DNA from: a virus
IMG/VR virus record: IMGVR_UViG_3300036823_000117
Location: 1-64,000 of that record
Reading direction: 5' to 3' (one strand)
Length of the DNA: 64,000 bases
The stretch's first letter is position 1; the number at the start of each line of letters is the position of its first letter. Below, one piece after another: positions 56,274 to 64,000 of this stretch. Both the position numbers and the translations under genes were made by a program. The notes under the pieces are model-generated. The model had not been told where the DNA came from and did not search any database. It saw only the letters and a program-made list of their open reading frames with translations.

Positions 56274-56906
56274 ATGCCCGTGTACCTGACCGAGTCCGGC
56301 GGCCTTGCTTCGGGTGGTTCGCCCGCCAGCCTCGACTACGTGGCGACGCAGGCGCCGCTGTACGCCAACCAGGCTGACCCGCCGGTCGGCGGGGGCATCG
56401 CGGGTCACATCGCGGAGACGGTGGCGGCGTCGTCGGCTACGGCGGCGCTGACGATGGTGTCGGGCAGTGCGTCGATCGCGGCGGTGCGGCTGGTCGCGGG
56501 GCAGGTGGTCAGCAACGCCGGGTTCGTGACGTCGACGACGGCGGGCATCACGATGACGCACTGGTGGCTGGCGCTGCTTGACAGCTCGTACACGGTGCGG
56601 GCGGTGTCGGCGGATCAGACCAGCGGGGCGATCGGGGCGTCGACGTGGTTCACGCTGCCGTTCGCTTCGGTATACACGGTCCCGTCGACCGGGGTTTACT
56701 TCGTCGCCGTCATGATCGCGGCGTCGACGGTGCCTACGCTGTGCGGTTCGACGGCGCCGCTCGCGGCCATGATCACCGGCACGGGTGCGCCGGCGCCGCT
56801 GCTCGGCGGGGTGTCCACGACCGGCCAGACGACCGCCCCGGCGGTGGGCACCGCGCTGATCGCGCCGACCGCCGCGGCTGTGACGCCGTACCTGTTCCTC
56901 TCCTAG
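56274..56906 (+). CDS. putative virion protein
   Basis: Thr/Ala-rich beta sandwich. Confidence 0.65.
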   Translation: MPVYLTESGGLASGGSPASLDYVATQAPLYANQADPPVGGGIAGHIAETVAASSATAALTMVSGSASIAAVRLVAGQVVSNAGFVTSTTAGITMTHWWLALLDSSYTVRAVSADQTSGAIGASTWFTLPFASVYTVPSTGVYFVAVMIAASTVPTLCGSTAPLAAMITGTGAPAPLLGGVSTTGQTTAPAVGTALIAPTAAAVTPYLFLS

Positions 56907-56915
56907 GAGCCGGCC

Positions 56916-57254
56916 GTGGTCGCCGAGACCGCTAACACGACGGTCGCCTTGTTCCGCGGGACCGATTTCGACGGTTACGGCGACGTGACCGATTCGCCGC
57001 TGCCGTACATCCAGGGTGTCGCCGCGACGCTGATCGAGACGACGCAGATCGTCCAGGATCCGGCGACGCAGACTCCCAGGGTGATCCGGATGTCGACGGC
57101 CCTGGTTCCGCTGTGGCTGGGCGTGAAGGACAGCGACCGGCTGGAGAACGAGCTCAGCGGCGACATCTTCATGATCGAGGATGTCATCCGGATCCCGAAC
57201 CTCACGGGGGCGGTCCCGGACCTGAAGCTGGTCTTGAAGCGGGTCACCCAGTAG
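56916..57254 (+). CDS. head closure/stopper protein
   Basis: RGT..D.YGD..D; DRL; position. Confidence 0.7.
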   Translation: MVAETANTTVALFRGTDFDGYGDVTDSPLPYIQGVAATLIETTQIVQDPATQTPRVIRMSTALVPLWLGVKDSDRLENELSGDIFMIEDVIRIPNLTGAVPDLKLVLKRVTQ

Positions 57255-57263
57255 GGGGTCCGC

Positions 57264-57935
57264 GTGCGGGTTGTGGTGGATGACGACGCCCGGGAGAAAG
57301 CCGACGCGGCTGTTGTCCCGTGGATGCGGGAGCAACTCGGGCCGGAGATCGAGGAGCGGGCGAAGCGGTACGTCCCGATCGACACGGGGGCGCTGCGCGA
57401 GTCCATTGAGCATCACATGGACGGCACGACGCTCGTGGTGTCGGCCACCGGTTCTGACGTGCGGACGTACGCCGCGTACATCGAGCTCGGGCACCGGGTG
57501 TATCACCCGTCGACCGGGAAGGTCGGCCCCGAATGGGTTCCGGCTCAGCCGTTCCTGCGGCCGGCGCTTTACGGCGGGTCGTCGCACCTGCGCGCCAAGG
57601 CGTTCCGTGAAGACTCCGTCATGCAGGACCGCAAGACCGCGGCCCGGGCTGCGGCGCGGACGGCGAAGTGGGAGGCGCGGCGCGAGCGGGAACGCGAGGC
57701 GCGGGCCCATCTCACCGACGAGGAACGCGCGGCCCGCGAGGCGAAGTGGCGCACCGAGTCGGCGGAGCGCACCGCGCGCCGCGAGCGGGAACTCGCGAAC
57801 TACGAGCGGTCCATGGAAGTCCTGGCTGAGCGCAAGGCCAGGGAAGACAAGTGGCGGGCCGCGCAGGAGCAGCGCTACATCGAGAAGTGGGAGCGCGAGC
57901 ACCCCGGCGAGCCCGGCGGTCCCGTGCCGTTCTAG
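57264..57935 (+). CDS. HK97 gp10-like neck protein with charged C-terminal extension
   Basis: VPIDTGALRESI, YAAYIELG, AQPFLRPAL. Confidence 0.85.
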   Translation: MRVVVDDDAREKADAAVVPWMREQLGPEIEERAKRYVPIDTGALRESIEHHMDGTTLVVSATGSDVRTYAAYIELGHRVYHPSTGKVGPEWVPAQPFLRPALYGGSSHLRAKAFREDSVMQDRKTAARAAARTAKWEARREREREARAHLTDEERAAREAKWRTESAERTARRERELANYERSMEVLAERKAREDKWRAAQEQRYIEKWEREHPGEPGGPVPF

Positions 57936-57947
57936 GGCGGAGGGCCG

Positions 57948-58427
57948 GTGCCGGTAAGGCTCCTCGCCAACAGCGAGCTCGTTGCGGTGTCCTACTTCCA
58001 GCAGATGCCGGGCTTGAAGGCGGACGTGATCGCGACCCAGCTCCCGAAGGATGAAGCGGACTGGGCGGCGAACGGCGCGATCACCGTCCAGGTTGTCGGC
58101 GGTCACCCCGATTCTGACTTGCCGGTCCGCAACCCGCTGGTCCAGGTGGACTGCTGGGCGACGACGCTCAAGAGCAACAAGCCTCCGTGGTTCAAGGCGG
58201 CCGCGCTCGCTGAGGCGGCGTGGCTGGGAACCCGGAACCGGAACCGCGGCGCCCGGCGGGTGCCCGTCTCCGCCGGCCCGGTGGTGTACCCGGCGGCGAT
58301 CGTCTTGACGGCCCTGTGGCTGACCGAGTGGCGGCGGGTTTACGACGACAAGGCCGACGCTGCCCGTTACTCCGCGGACCTCGGGATGTCGTGGGCGCCT
58401 GCTGACCCGATTCCCGAGCCGTTCTAG
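57948..58427 (+). CDS. tail terminator protein
   Basis: VGG.P......PLVQVDCWA...KPPW.KA. Confidence 0.75.
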   Translation: MPVRLLANSELVAVSYFQQMPGLKADVIATQLPKDEADWAANGAITVQVVGGHPDSDLPVRNPLVQVDCWATTLKSNKPPWFKAAALAEAAWLGTRNRNRGARRVPVSAGPVVYPAAIVLTALWLTEWRRVYDDKADAARYSADLGMSWAPADPIPEPF

Positions 58428-58436
58428 GAGGCCCCT

Positions 58437-58640
58437 GTGCCGCTGGTGAAGCTCACGATCCGCGAGGAGCCCGTCGAGGTCGACGACGGCGAGCTGCTGG
58501 TTCTCCGCGGCCAGAACCTGGTCGACCGCGTCCTGGACGCCGTCCCGGCCGCAACGGCCCCGGCCCGGCCACCGGGTCCTGTCGATCCCCCTGTTGTGCC
58601 CGCCCCGGCCAAGCCCGGACCCAAGAAGCAGGAGAAGTAG
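58437..58640 (+). CDS. small hypothetical protein
   Basis: AGGAGG RBS. Confidence 0.6.
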   Translation: MPLVKLTIREEPVEVDDGELLVLRGQNLVDRVLDAVPAATAPARPPGPVDPPVVPAPAKPGPKKQEK

Positions 58641-58997
58641 ATGGCAACTCAGACCCTCCTCCCGACCGTGGCCGTTCCCGATGGCCCGGGCCTGGACATC
58701 ACCGCGCTGCTGGCCACCCCGACCGGCACGACGCTGCTGTTCGCCAACACCGGCCGGGAGCAGCTGTACATCTCCGCCGGCGCCGTGTCGGAGACCGTGA
58801 CCGTGGACATGGGCGCGCTCGTCGACGGGCAGACCGTGACCAACTTCCCGACGGTGAACCTGACGAACGGCCACATCTACCGGTTCGGCGAGTTCCACAG
58901 CGTGCTCGACAACACCGGGACGAACCAGGTCCAGGTCACCCTGTCGACGGTCACGAGCATCACGGTCGCGCTTGTGCAGGACGCCGCTGTCTTCTAG
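58641..58997 (+). CDS. putative virion protein
   Basis: F.NTGRE.L.I; beta-rich. Confidence 0.65.
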   Translation: MATQTLLPTVAVPDGPGLDITALLATPTGTTLLFANTGREQLYISAGAVSETVTVDMGALVDGQTVTNFPTVNLTNGHIYRFGEFHSVLDNTGTNQVQVTLSTVTSITVALVQDAAVF

Positions 58998-59023
58998 GCC
59001 GCCGCGCTTCACCCCGCTTGTCC

Positions 59024-59049
59024 GCCCTGGCCTTGGCCGGGGCTTTTTT
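59024..59049 (+). terminator. intrinsic terminator
   Basis: GCCCTGGCC..GGCCGGGGC TTTTTT. Confidence 0.7.
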
Positions 59050-59093
59050 CATGCCCGCCCCCTAGTACCCGGCAAACGGGATAGGAGCGCTCG

Positions 59094-59672
59094 ATGTCCG
59101 TCGTGCCTAGCAACTTGACCCAGGGCCCCGGAGTTCTCTGGTACGCCCCGTTCGGAACCGCAGCCCCCGCGGACTCCGCGTTCGCCTCCGCCCCCGGATC
59201 CAGCTGGATCGACGTCGGCGGCACCCAGGGCGGCATCATGGCGGAGATCGACAACACCTACATGCAGCAGGTGGTCGACCAGATCCCCATCTCCGTCGGC
59301 GGCCGCCTCACCAAGCAGGCCATCACCGTCACCACCCAGCTCGCCGAGACCACGCTGAACAACCTCAACCTGGCCATGAACGGCCTGATCAGCATCACCC
59401 AGCAGTCCGGCTACTCGACCACGGACCTGCAGACCGCCACGAGTGCGACGCAGCCGCAGTACTCCACGCTGATCGTGGACGGCTGGGCGCCGACCACCGG
59501 CACCACCGAGCCGTCCTGCCGGCGCCGGCTGATCATCTGGAAGGTGCTCTCCCAGGGCAAGGCCACCTTCGAGTACTCGATGGAGAAGAACTCCGTCTAC
59601 AGCGTCACGTTCGAGGCGTACTACGTGTCCGGGTCGGTTTCGCCCTGGCACAGCATTGATCAGACGAGCTAG
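59094..59672 (+). CDS. major tail protein
   Basis: QGPG.L..A.FG, W.DVGGT.GG, VDQ, LAE.TL.NL..A.N. Confidence 0.85.
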   Translation: MSVVPSNLTQGPGVLWYAPFGTAAPADSAFASAPGSSWIDVGGTQGGIMAEIDNTYMQQVVDQIPISVGGRLTKQAITVTTQLAETTLNNLNLAMNGLISITQQSGYSTTDLQTATSATQPQYSTLIVDGWAPTTGTTEPSCRRRLIIWKVLSQGKATFEYSMEKNSVYSVTFEAYYVSGSVSPWHSIDQTS

Positions 59673-59684
59673 GGCAAATAACCC

Positions 59685-60080
59685 ATGGTCGCCGCAAACA
59701 AGGCGCGTGCCTCAGTGCCCGCCCGCCCGCGCGTCATCGAGCCGGACGACATCCTCGACCCGGCCGAGACCGCCCCGCTTGAGATCACCTCGGGCTCCCG
59801 CAAGAAGGGCCGCCGGATCGTCATCTTCTACATCGACGGCACGCCCCACTCGGTACCCGAGGACCCGCCCGCCATCATCATGATCAACTACCTGGACGCG
59901 GTCCGCCGCCACGGCCCCGTGCCCGCGTCCACGTACCTGCTCGAGGCCATGCTCGGCTCGGACTCCTACGCCGCGCTGTGCAGCAGCGAGGACATCACGC
60001 AGGAGCAGCTGGGCCAGGTGATCGAGAAGGTCGACGGGATCCTGATGGCCGCGCAGAGGTCCCCAAAAGCCGGGTCCTAG
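59685..60080 (+). CDS. tail assembly chaperone (gpG-like)
   Basis: Between tail tube and tape measure; slippery CCCAAAA at 60062-60068. Confidence 0.82.
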   Translation: MVAANKARASVPARPRVIEPDDILDPAETAPLEITSGSRKKGRRIVIFYIDGTPHSVPEDPPAIIMINYLDAVRRHGPVPASTYLLEAMLGSDSYAALCSSEDITQEQLGQVIEKVDGILMAAQRSPKAGS

Positions 60081-60421
60081 CTTCGTACCAGGAACACGGC
60101 TGGGTCCTGGGCCACCTGGATGACCTGGAGTCTGACTTCAGCGTCTTCCACCGGGTCGATGACATGTACGAGATGCCGGCCAGGAAATTCCGTGTCCTGG
60201 CCGGCCGGCTCGTGCATTACGAGGGCGCGTTCCGGGCGGCCGTGAAGGCGCAGGACCAGCCCGGTGCCCCGGTGCCCGCGACGAAGCTCATGTACGACAT
60301 GAACCCTGACCTCCGCGGCCTGTCCACGTTCGCGGAGGTGGCCAGGCCCGCAGAGCTGACGCCTGACCAGCAGGCATACGTCGACTCTCACCCCGAGTTG
60401 CAGGCCCCTCCCCGCCGCTAA
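60062..60421 (+). CDS. tail assembly chaperone -1 frameshift extension (gpGT-like)
   Basis: -1 frame open: PKSRVL...W...LDDLESDFSVFHRVDD. Confidence 0.78.
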   Translation, partial: PKSRVLASYQEHGWVLGHLDDLESDFSVFHRVDDMYEMPARKFRVLAGRLVHYEGAFRAAVKAQDQPGAPVPATKLMYDMNPDLRGLSTFAEVARPAELTPDQQAYVDSHPELQAPPRR

Positions 60422-60448
60422 CCGATCACTGCAAGGCGGTGAACGGAC

Positions 60449-63400
60449 ATGGCGGGAGAAGAGGGCTTTCACGTAGCGAGAGCGTACGTAACGGTCGAAC
60501 CGGACGCTACGGACTTTCCGGAGAAGCTGAAGGCTCAGCTGGAGGAAAACAAGTTCGACCTGCGGGTCCCCGTCGCCCCGCAGATGGACGGCTTCCGCGA
60601 GGAAATGCAGGCCGGCCTCGAGAAGGAGAAAGGCCAGGACGTCACTGTCGACGTCGAGCCCGACCCAGGCAGCGTCGCTGACTTCACCCCGAAGGTGCAG
60701 GCGGCCCTCGACGCCAACAAGGCCAAGGTCGAGGCCGGGGTCGAGCCAGACCAGGAGTCCGTCGCCGGGCTCCCCGGCAAGGTCCAGGCCGAGCTGGACG
60801 CCGAGCGGAAGCCGACGCTCAACATCAAGTCCAACCTTGACGAGGCGTCCCTCGCCGCGAAGGTCGCGGAGGCCCGCAGCGAACTCGGGGACCTGAAGAT
60901 CGGCGATGACCTGTTCGCCGCGTTCAGCCGGACCGGCAGCAACTCGTTCATCGCCCAGTACGCCACGGACCTGAAGGATCTCACCGGGGACGCCGAAGCC
61001 GCAGCCGGGGCGGTGCGCCGGACTGCGGCCGCCGTGGACCAGGCAGGCGCGGCGGCCCGGAAGTCGGATCAGGCGTTCCGGATCTTCGGTGTCGGGATCA
61101 GCAAGCTCGCCGTCCACGGTGTCGTCACGGGGGTGATCGACTTCCTGGCCGTGGCTATCCCGGCGGCGGCCGCGGCGGGTGCGTGGGCTGCGGCGTGGTC
61201 GAAGGGCGCGGAGCAGGTCGAGCAGCACATGGTTGCCCTGCACACGGCCACGCAGGCGACCAATGCCATGTTCGGGCAGACGACCGGGTCGGCCCTGGGC
61301 CTGGGCGGTGCCCTGGCCAAGGCCCAGACCGCTGCCCGGCCCGAGGTGTGGTCGGCCCTGGGCGCGGCGATCAACCTTGCCAAGGAGCGCATGGGGGACT
61401 TCTCCTCCGTCGGCCTGCAGGTCGGGCGCATCTTCGACAACTTCGCGGCGAAGCTTGTCTACGACTTTTCCTCCGCGGGTGACGCGGGGAAGACGTTCGG
61501 CGGCCTGCTGTCGAACATGGTTCCCGACCTGACCCAGCTCGGCGAGGTCTTCGGGAACATCGGGCACGCCGTTGGCAGTTTCGCATCGCAGATGCCCGGT
61601 GTCGCCCAGGTGCTCCTCGCTGGCCTTGCCGGGGCGACGAAGCTGGCCACGAGCCTCATCGACCTGTCTGGGCGGTTCAAGATCGCCGGGGCGTCGGCGC
61701 TGACCCTGATCATGGGGTTCCACGAGCTCAACACGTGGGGCAGCATCGGCGTCGCCGCCCTGGGCAAGATGGGCCTGGCGACCTCCGAGGTGACCGGCGG
61801 GTTCTTCTCGCTGGAGCGCGCCGGCGGTGTGCTGTCGAACATGCTGGGCGTTGTCCCGACGCTGCTGTCCAAGATCACCGCCGGGCTCAGCGGCATGACC
61901 CGCGGGGTCGGCTCCGTTGTCAGCGGGCTTGGCGGGATGGTCGGGAAGATCGGCGGCGACGGCAACGTCTTCAGCAAGCTCGGCGCGGGCGCTGAGGGTG
62001 CTGGCAGCAAGGTCGACCGGCTGGGCGTGACTATCGGCGGCCTGGGCTCTGACCTGGAGGAAAGCGCGTCGGGGCTCGGCTTGTGGCAGGTTGCGCTGAT
62101 CGGCGCCGCTGCGGCCGGGCTCGGGTTCCTGATCTACAAGCTGGCCACTACGAAGACCGCGGCGCAGCAGTTCGCCGACTCGCTGCAGGCCAGCATCGAC
62201 AAAGCCTCGAACCTTCAGTCGCTGAGCGCCCTGGCGGCCGGGATGGGGCAGCTCGGCGCGGCCACCCAGAAGGCGGCGACCCAGCAGCAGTACGCGGGCG
62301 GCATGTCCACTCGCTACGCGCAGACTCTGTCAACTGCCGGGGCGGCTGTCGCCACGTTCGGCGCGAAGCAGGAGCAGCTGGCCGAGCAGTTCGTCACGGT
62401 CAACAAGCACGCCTCCATGCTCGCCACCCAGTACGGCACGTCCTTTGTCGGCGCCCTCGCCTTGGCTGACGAGGCCGGCGTCAAGCTGAACCAGACCATG
62501 ACCCGGCAGCAGTGGGTCATGGCCCAGATCAAGATCTCTGATCTGGTGAAGGGCTACCAGGCCATGGGCCAGCCGATGGGCGCCGTCGGCAACGACATGG
62601 ATGCCCTGGCCATTCAGTCGGGGCTGGCCGCGACGAAGGTGGCCGCGCTGAACTCGGCGTGGGACGAGTTCATGTCGAACCTGACCGGTGGTACCACCGG
62701 GCTGGCCGGGTTTGAGCAGGCCCTGACGAACCTCAGCACCGGCACTACCAAGATCACCAACGTTCTCGGAAAGGGCGGCAGCGTCACCCTGTCGGTGAAG
62801 GACTTCGCCAGTTCGCTGCAGTCGTTCACGGGCAAGGGGGCTCAGGCCTGGCAGAACTTCAACCAGGTCGTGGGCACGAGCGCCCCTCAGCTCATCGACT
62901 GGCTGCGCACTGCCGGCGCCGAAGGAGCCCTGTCCGGGCAGAACCTGTCTCACGGCCTGTCACAGGGCACGACGGCTGCGAAGAACTTCCAGCAGGGCAT
63001 CCTGGACATGATCTCCCAGCTGACCCCGCTGGCGTCCAAGAGCAAGACCGCCCAGGCCGAGTTGGTCGGGCTGGCGCAGCAGGCCGGGCTGAACATCACG
63101 ACGTTCCCGCAGCTGACCTCAGCGATTCAGGCCAGCCATGCGTCCGTCAGCAACCTGCAGGCCATCATCTCGCAGGCCACGATCAAGATGGGCAACATGT
63201 CGGCCGTTGCCCAGAACCTGGGCAACGTCCTCAACTCGGCGGTCGCGTCGGCGATCTCGAACGCGTCGCTGAAGGCCTCCGGGTTCTACAAGGACATGTC
63301 CGATCTGACGGCGGCCACGCAGAAGTACGGCGCTAACTCCCCGCAGGCCATCGCGGCCGCCAACAAGGTCGCTACCGCGCTGCACACCGCCAGCGCGGAC

Positions 63401-64000
63401 GCGTCCTCCATGGCGACCAATGTCGGGAAGGCCGGCAACGCCTCCGCCACGGCCGGCGACCAGATGGAAACCGCCGCGACCAAGGCCTACAACCTCCGCA
63501 CCGCGATCGACGACCTGCACAGCAAGACCGTCGACATCAACGTCCTGTTCAACATCAGCGGAAAGCAGCCCGGCGCTGGCGTGGCACTGCCCGGGGCGCC
63601 GCAGTACGCGGCAGGCGGCGTCGTCCCGGGCCGCGACACAGGCCGAGACGAGCACCTGGTCCTTGCCCGCGGCGGCGAAGGGATGATCATCCCCGAGGCC
63701 GTGCAGGGGCTGGGCGGCCCGAAGGCCATCGACGCGATCAACCGGGCATACGGCGGCGGCCGCAAGACCGCCAGGGGCCGGTTCGCGGCCGGCGGCGTGG
63801 TCACGGAATCGGCGCAGTTCGGGTTCCCCCAGGACGTGTTCAACTTCCAGATCGGCCCGATCGGTTTCGGCGGCTCGCGGACCACCGTGGGCGGCGGCGG
63901 GGCCTTCACGGGATTCCAGCAGCTCGCCGACGAGCTCAAGGGCTTCAAGACAGCTGGCGCCCAGTACCCGGGCCAGAGCGCGTCATCGTACGCCAATTAC
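60449..64000 (+). CDS. tape measure protein, runs off the right edge
   Basis: MAGEEGFHVARAYVTVEPD; long Ala/Gly-rich frame; YAAGGVVPG.D.G.D motif. Confidence 0.9.
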   Translation, partial: MAGEEGFHVARAYVTVEPDATDFPEKLKAQLEENKFDLRVPVAPQMDGFREEMQAGLEKEKGQDVTVDVEPDPGSVADFTPKVQAALDANKAKVEAGVEPDQESVAGLPGKVQAELDAERKPTLNIKSNLDEASLAAKVAEARSELGDLKIGDDLFAAFSRTGSNSFIAQYATDLKDLTGDAEAAAGAVRRTAAAVDQAGAAARKSDQAFRIFGVGISKLAVHGVVTGVIDFLAVAIPAAAAAGAWAAAWSKGAEQVEQHMVALHTATQATNAMFGQTTGSALGLGGALAKAQTAARPEVWSALGAAINLAKERMGDFSSVGLQVGRIFDNFAAKLVYDFSSAGDAGKTFGGLLSNMVPDLTQLGEVFGNIGHAVGSFASQMPGVAQVLLAGLAGATKLATSLIDLSGRFKIAGASALTLIMGFHELNTWGSIGVAALGKMGLATSEVTGGFFSLERAGGVLSNMLGVVPTLLSKITAGLSGMTRGVGSVVSGLGGMVGKIGGDGNVFSKLGAGAEGAGSKVDRLGVTIGGLGSDLEESASGLGLWQVALIGAAAAGLGFLIYKLATTKTAAQQFADSLQASIDKASNLQSLSALAAGMGQLGAATQKAATQQQYAGGMSTRYAQTLSTAGAAVATFGAKQEQLAEQFVTVNKHASMLATQYGTSFVGALALADEAGVKLNQTMTRQQWVMAQIKISDLVKGYQAMGQPMGAVGNDMDALAIQSGLAATKVAALNSAWDEFMSNLTGGTTGLAGFEQALTNLSTGTTKITNVLGKGGSVTLSVKDFASSLQSFTGKGAQAWQNFNQVVGTSAPQLIDWLRTAGAEGALSGQNLSHGLSQGTTAAKNFQQGILDMISQLTPLASKSKTAQAELVGLAQQAGLNITTFPQLTSAIQASHASVSNLQAIISQATIKMGNMSAVAQNLGNVLNSAVASAISNASLKASGFYKDMSDLTAATQKYGANSPQAIAAANKVATALHTASADASSMATNVGKAGNASATAGDQMETAATKAYNLRTAIDDLHSKTVDINVLFNISGKQPGAGVALPGAPQYAAGGVVPGRDTGRDEHLVLARGGEGMIIPEAVQGLGGPKAIDAINRAYGGGRKTARGRFAAGGVVTESAQFGFPQDVFNFQIGPIGFGGSRTTVGGGGAFTGFQQLADELKGFKTAGAQYPGQSASSYANY

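Noticed and set aside
56217-59012. 931-aa minus-strand ORF and similar long antisense ORFs (397-1617, 42944-44434, 60077-61723)
   Set aside because: Shadow frames of recognisable genes on the opposite strand; expected in high-GC DNA; no motifs
1-64000. tRNA, rRNA, reverse transcriptase/DGR, transposase, integrase, ParA
   Set aside because: No diagnostic motifs seen by eye; tRNAscan and HMM searches are needed to exclude them formally

Overview
High-GC actinobacterial temperate siphovirus (prophage or phage-plasmid), truncated at both window edges. Left arm, minus strand (1-7.7 kb): C5 DNA methyltransferase with a nested alternative-frame ORF, HNH protein, RecE-like exonuclease plus putative annealing protein, a BldC-like regulator and a DGQHR/ParB-like protein. 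These are followed by a cro/cI-like switch, ParB and accessory genes. 16.6-26.3 kb is a GntR-controlled operon resembling an actinomycete conjugation/spread module: NlpC/P60 and lysozyme-like hydrolases, many small membrane proteins, an FtsK translocase with an altered gamma domain, and a DUF2637-like protein carrying a phased CGACA repeat array. 27.9-28.8 kb has a Q-like gene/promoter/terminator layout. 29.8-39.9 kb is an array of small minus-strand genes with a repeated terminator-promoter-operator cassette and conserved hairpins. A dif-like site and probable packaging region (40.3-41.1 kb) precede terminase, a frameshifted portal, head, neck and tail genes and the tape measure. No integrase, ParA, tRNA or CRISPR array was seen. 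Best candidate new system: a tailed phage with plasmid-maintenance signals and its own FtsK/TraB-type transfer apparatus. All family assignments are from motif recognition by eye, not database searches.
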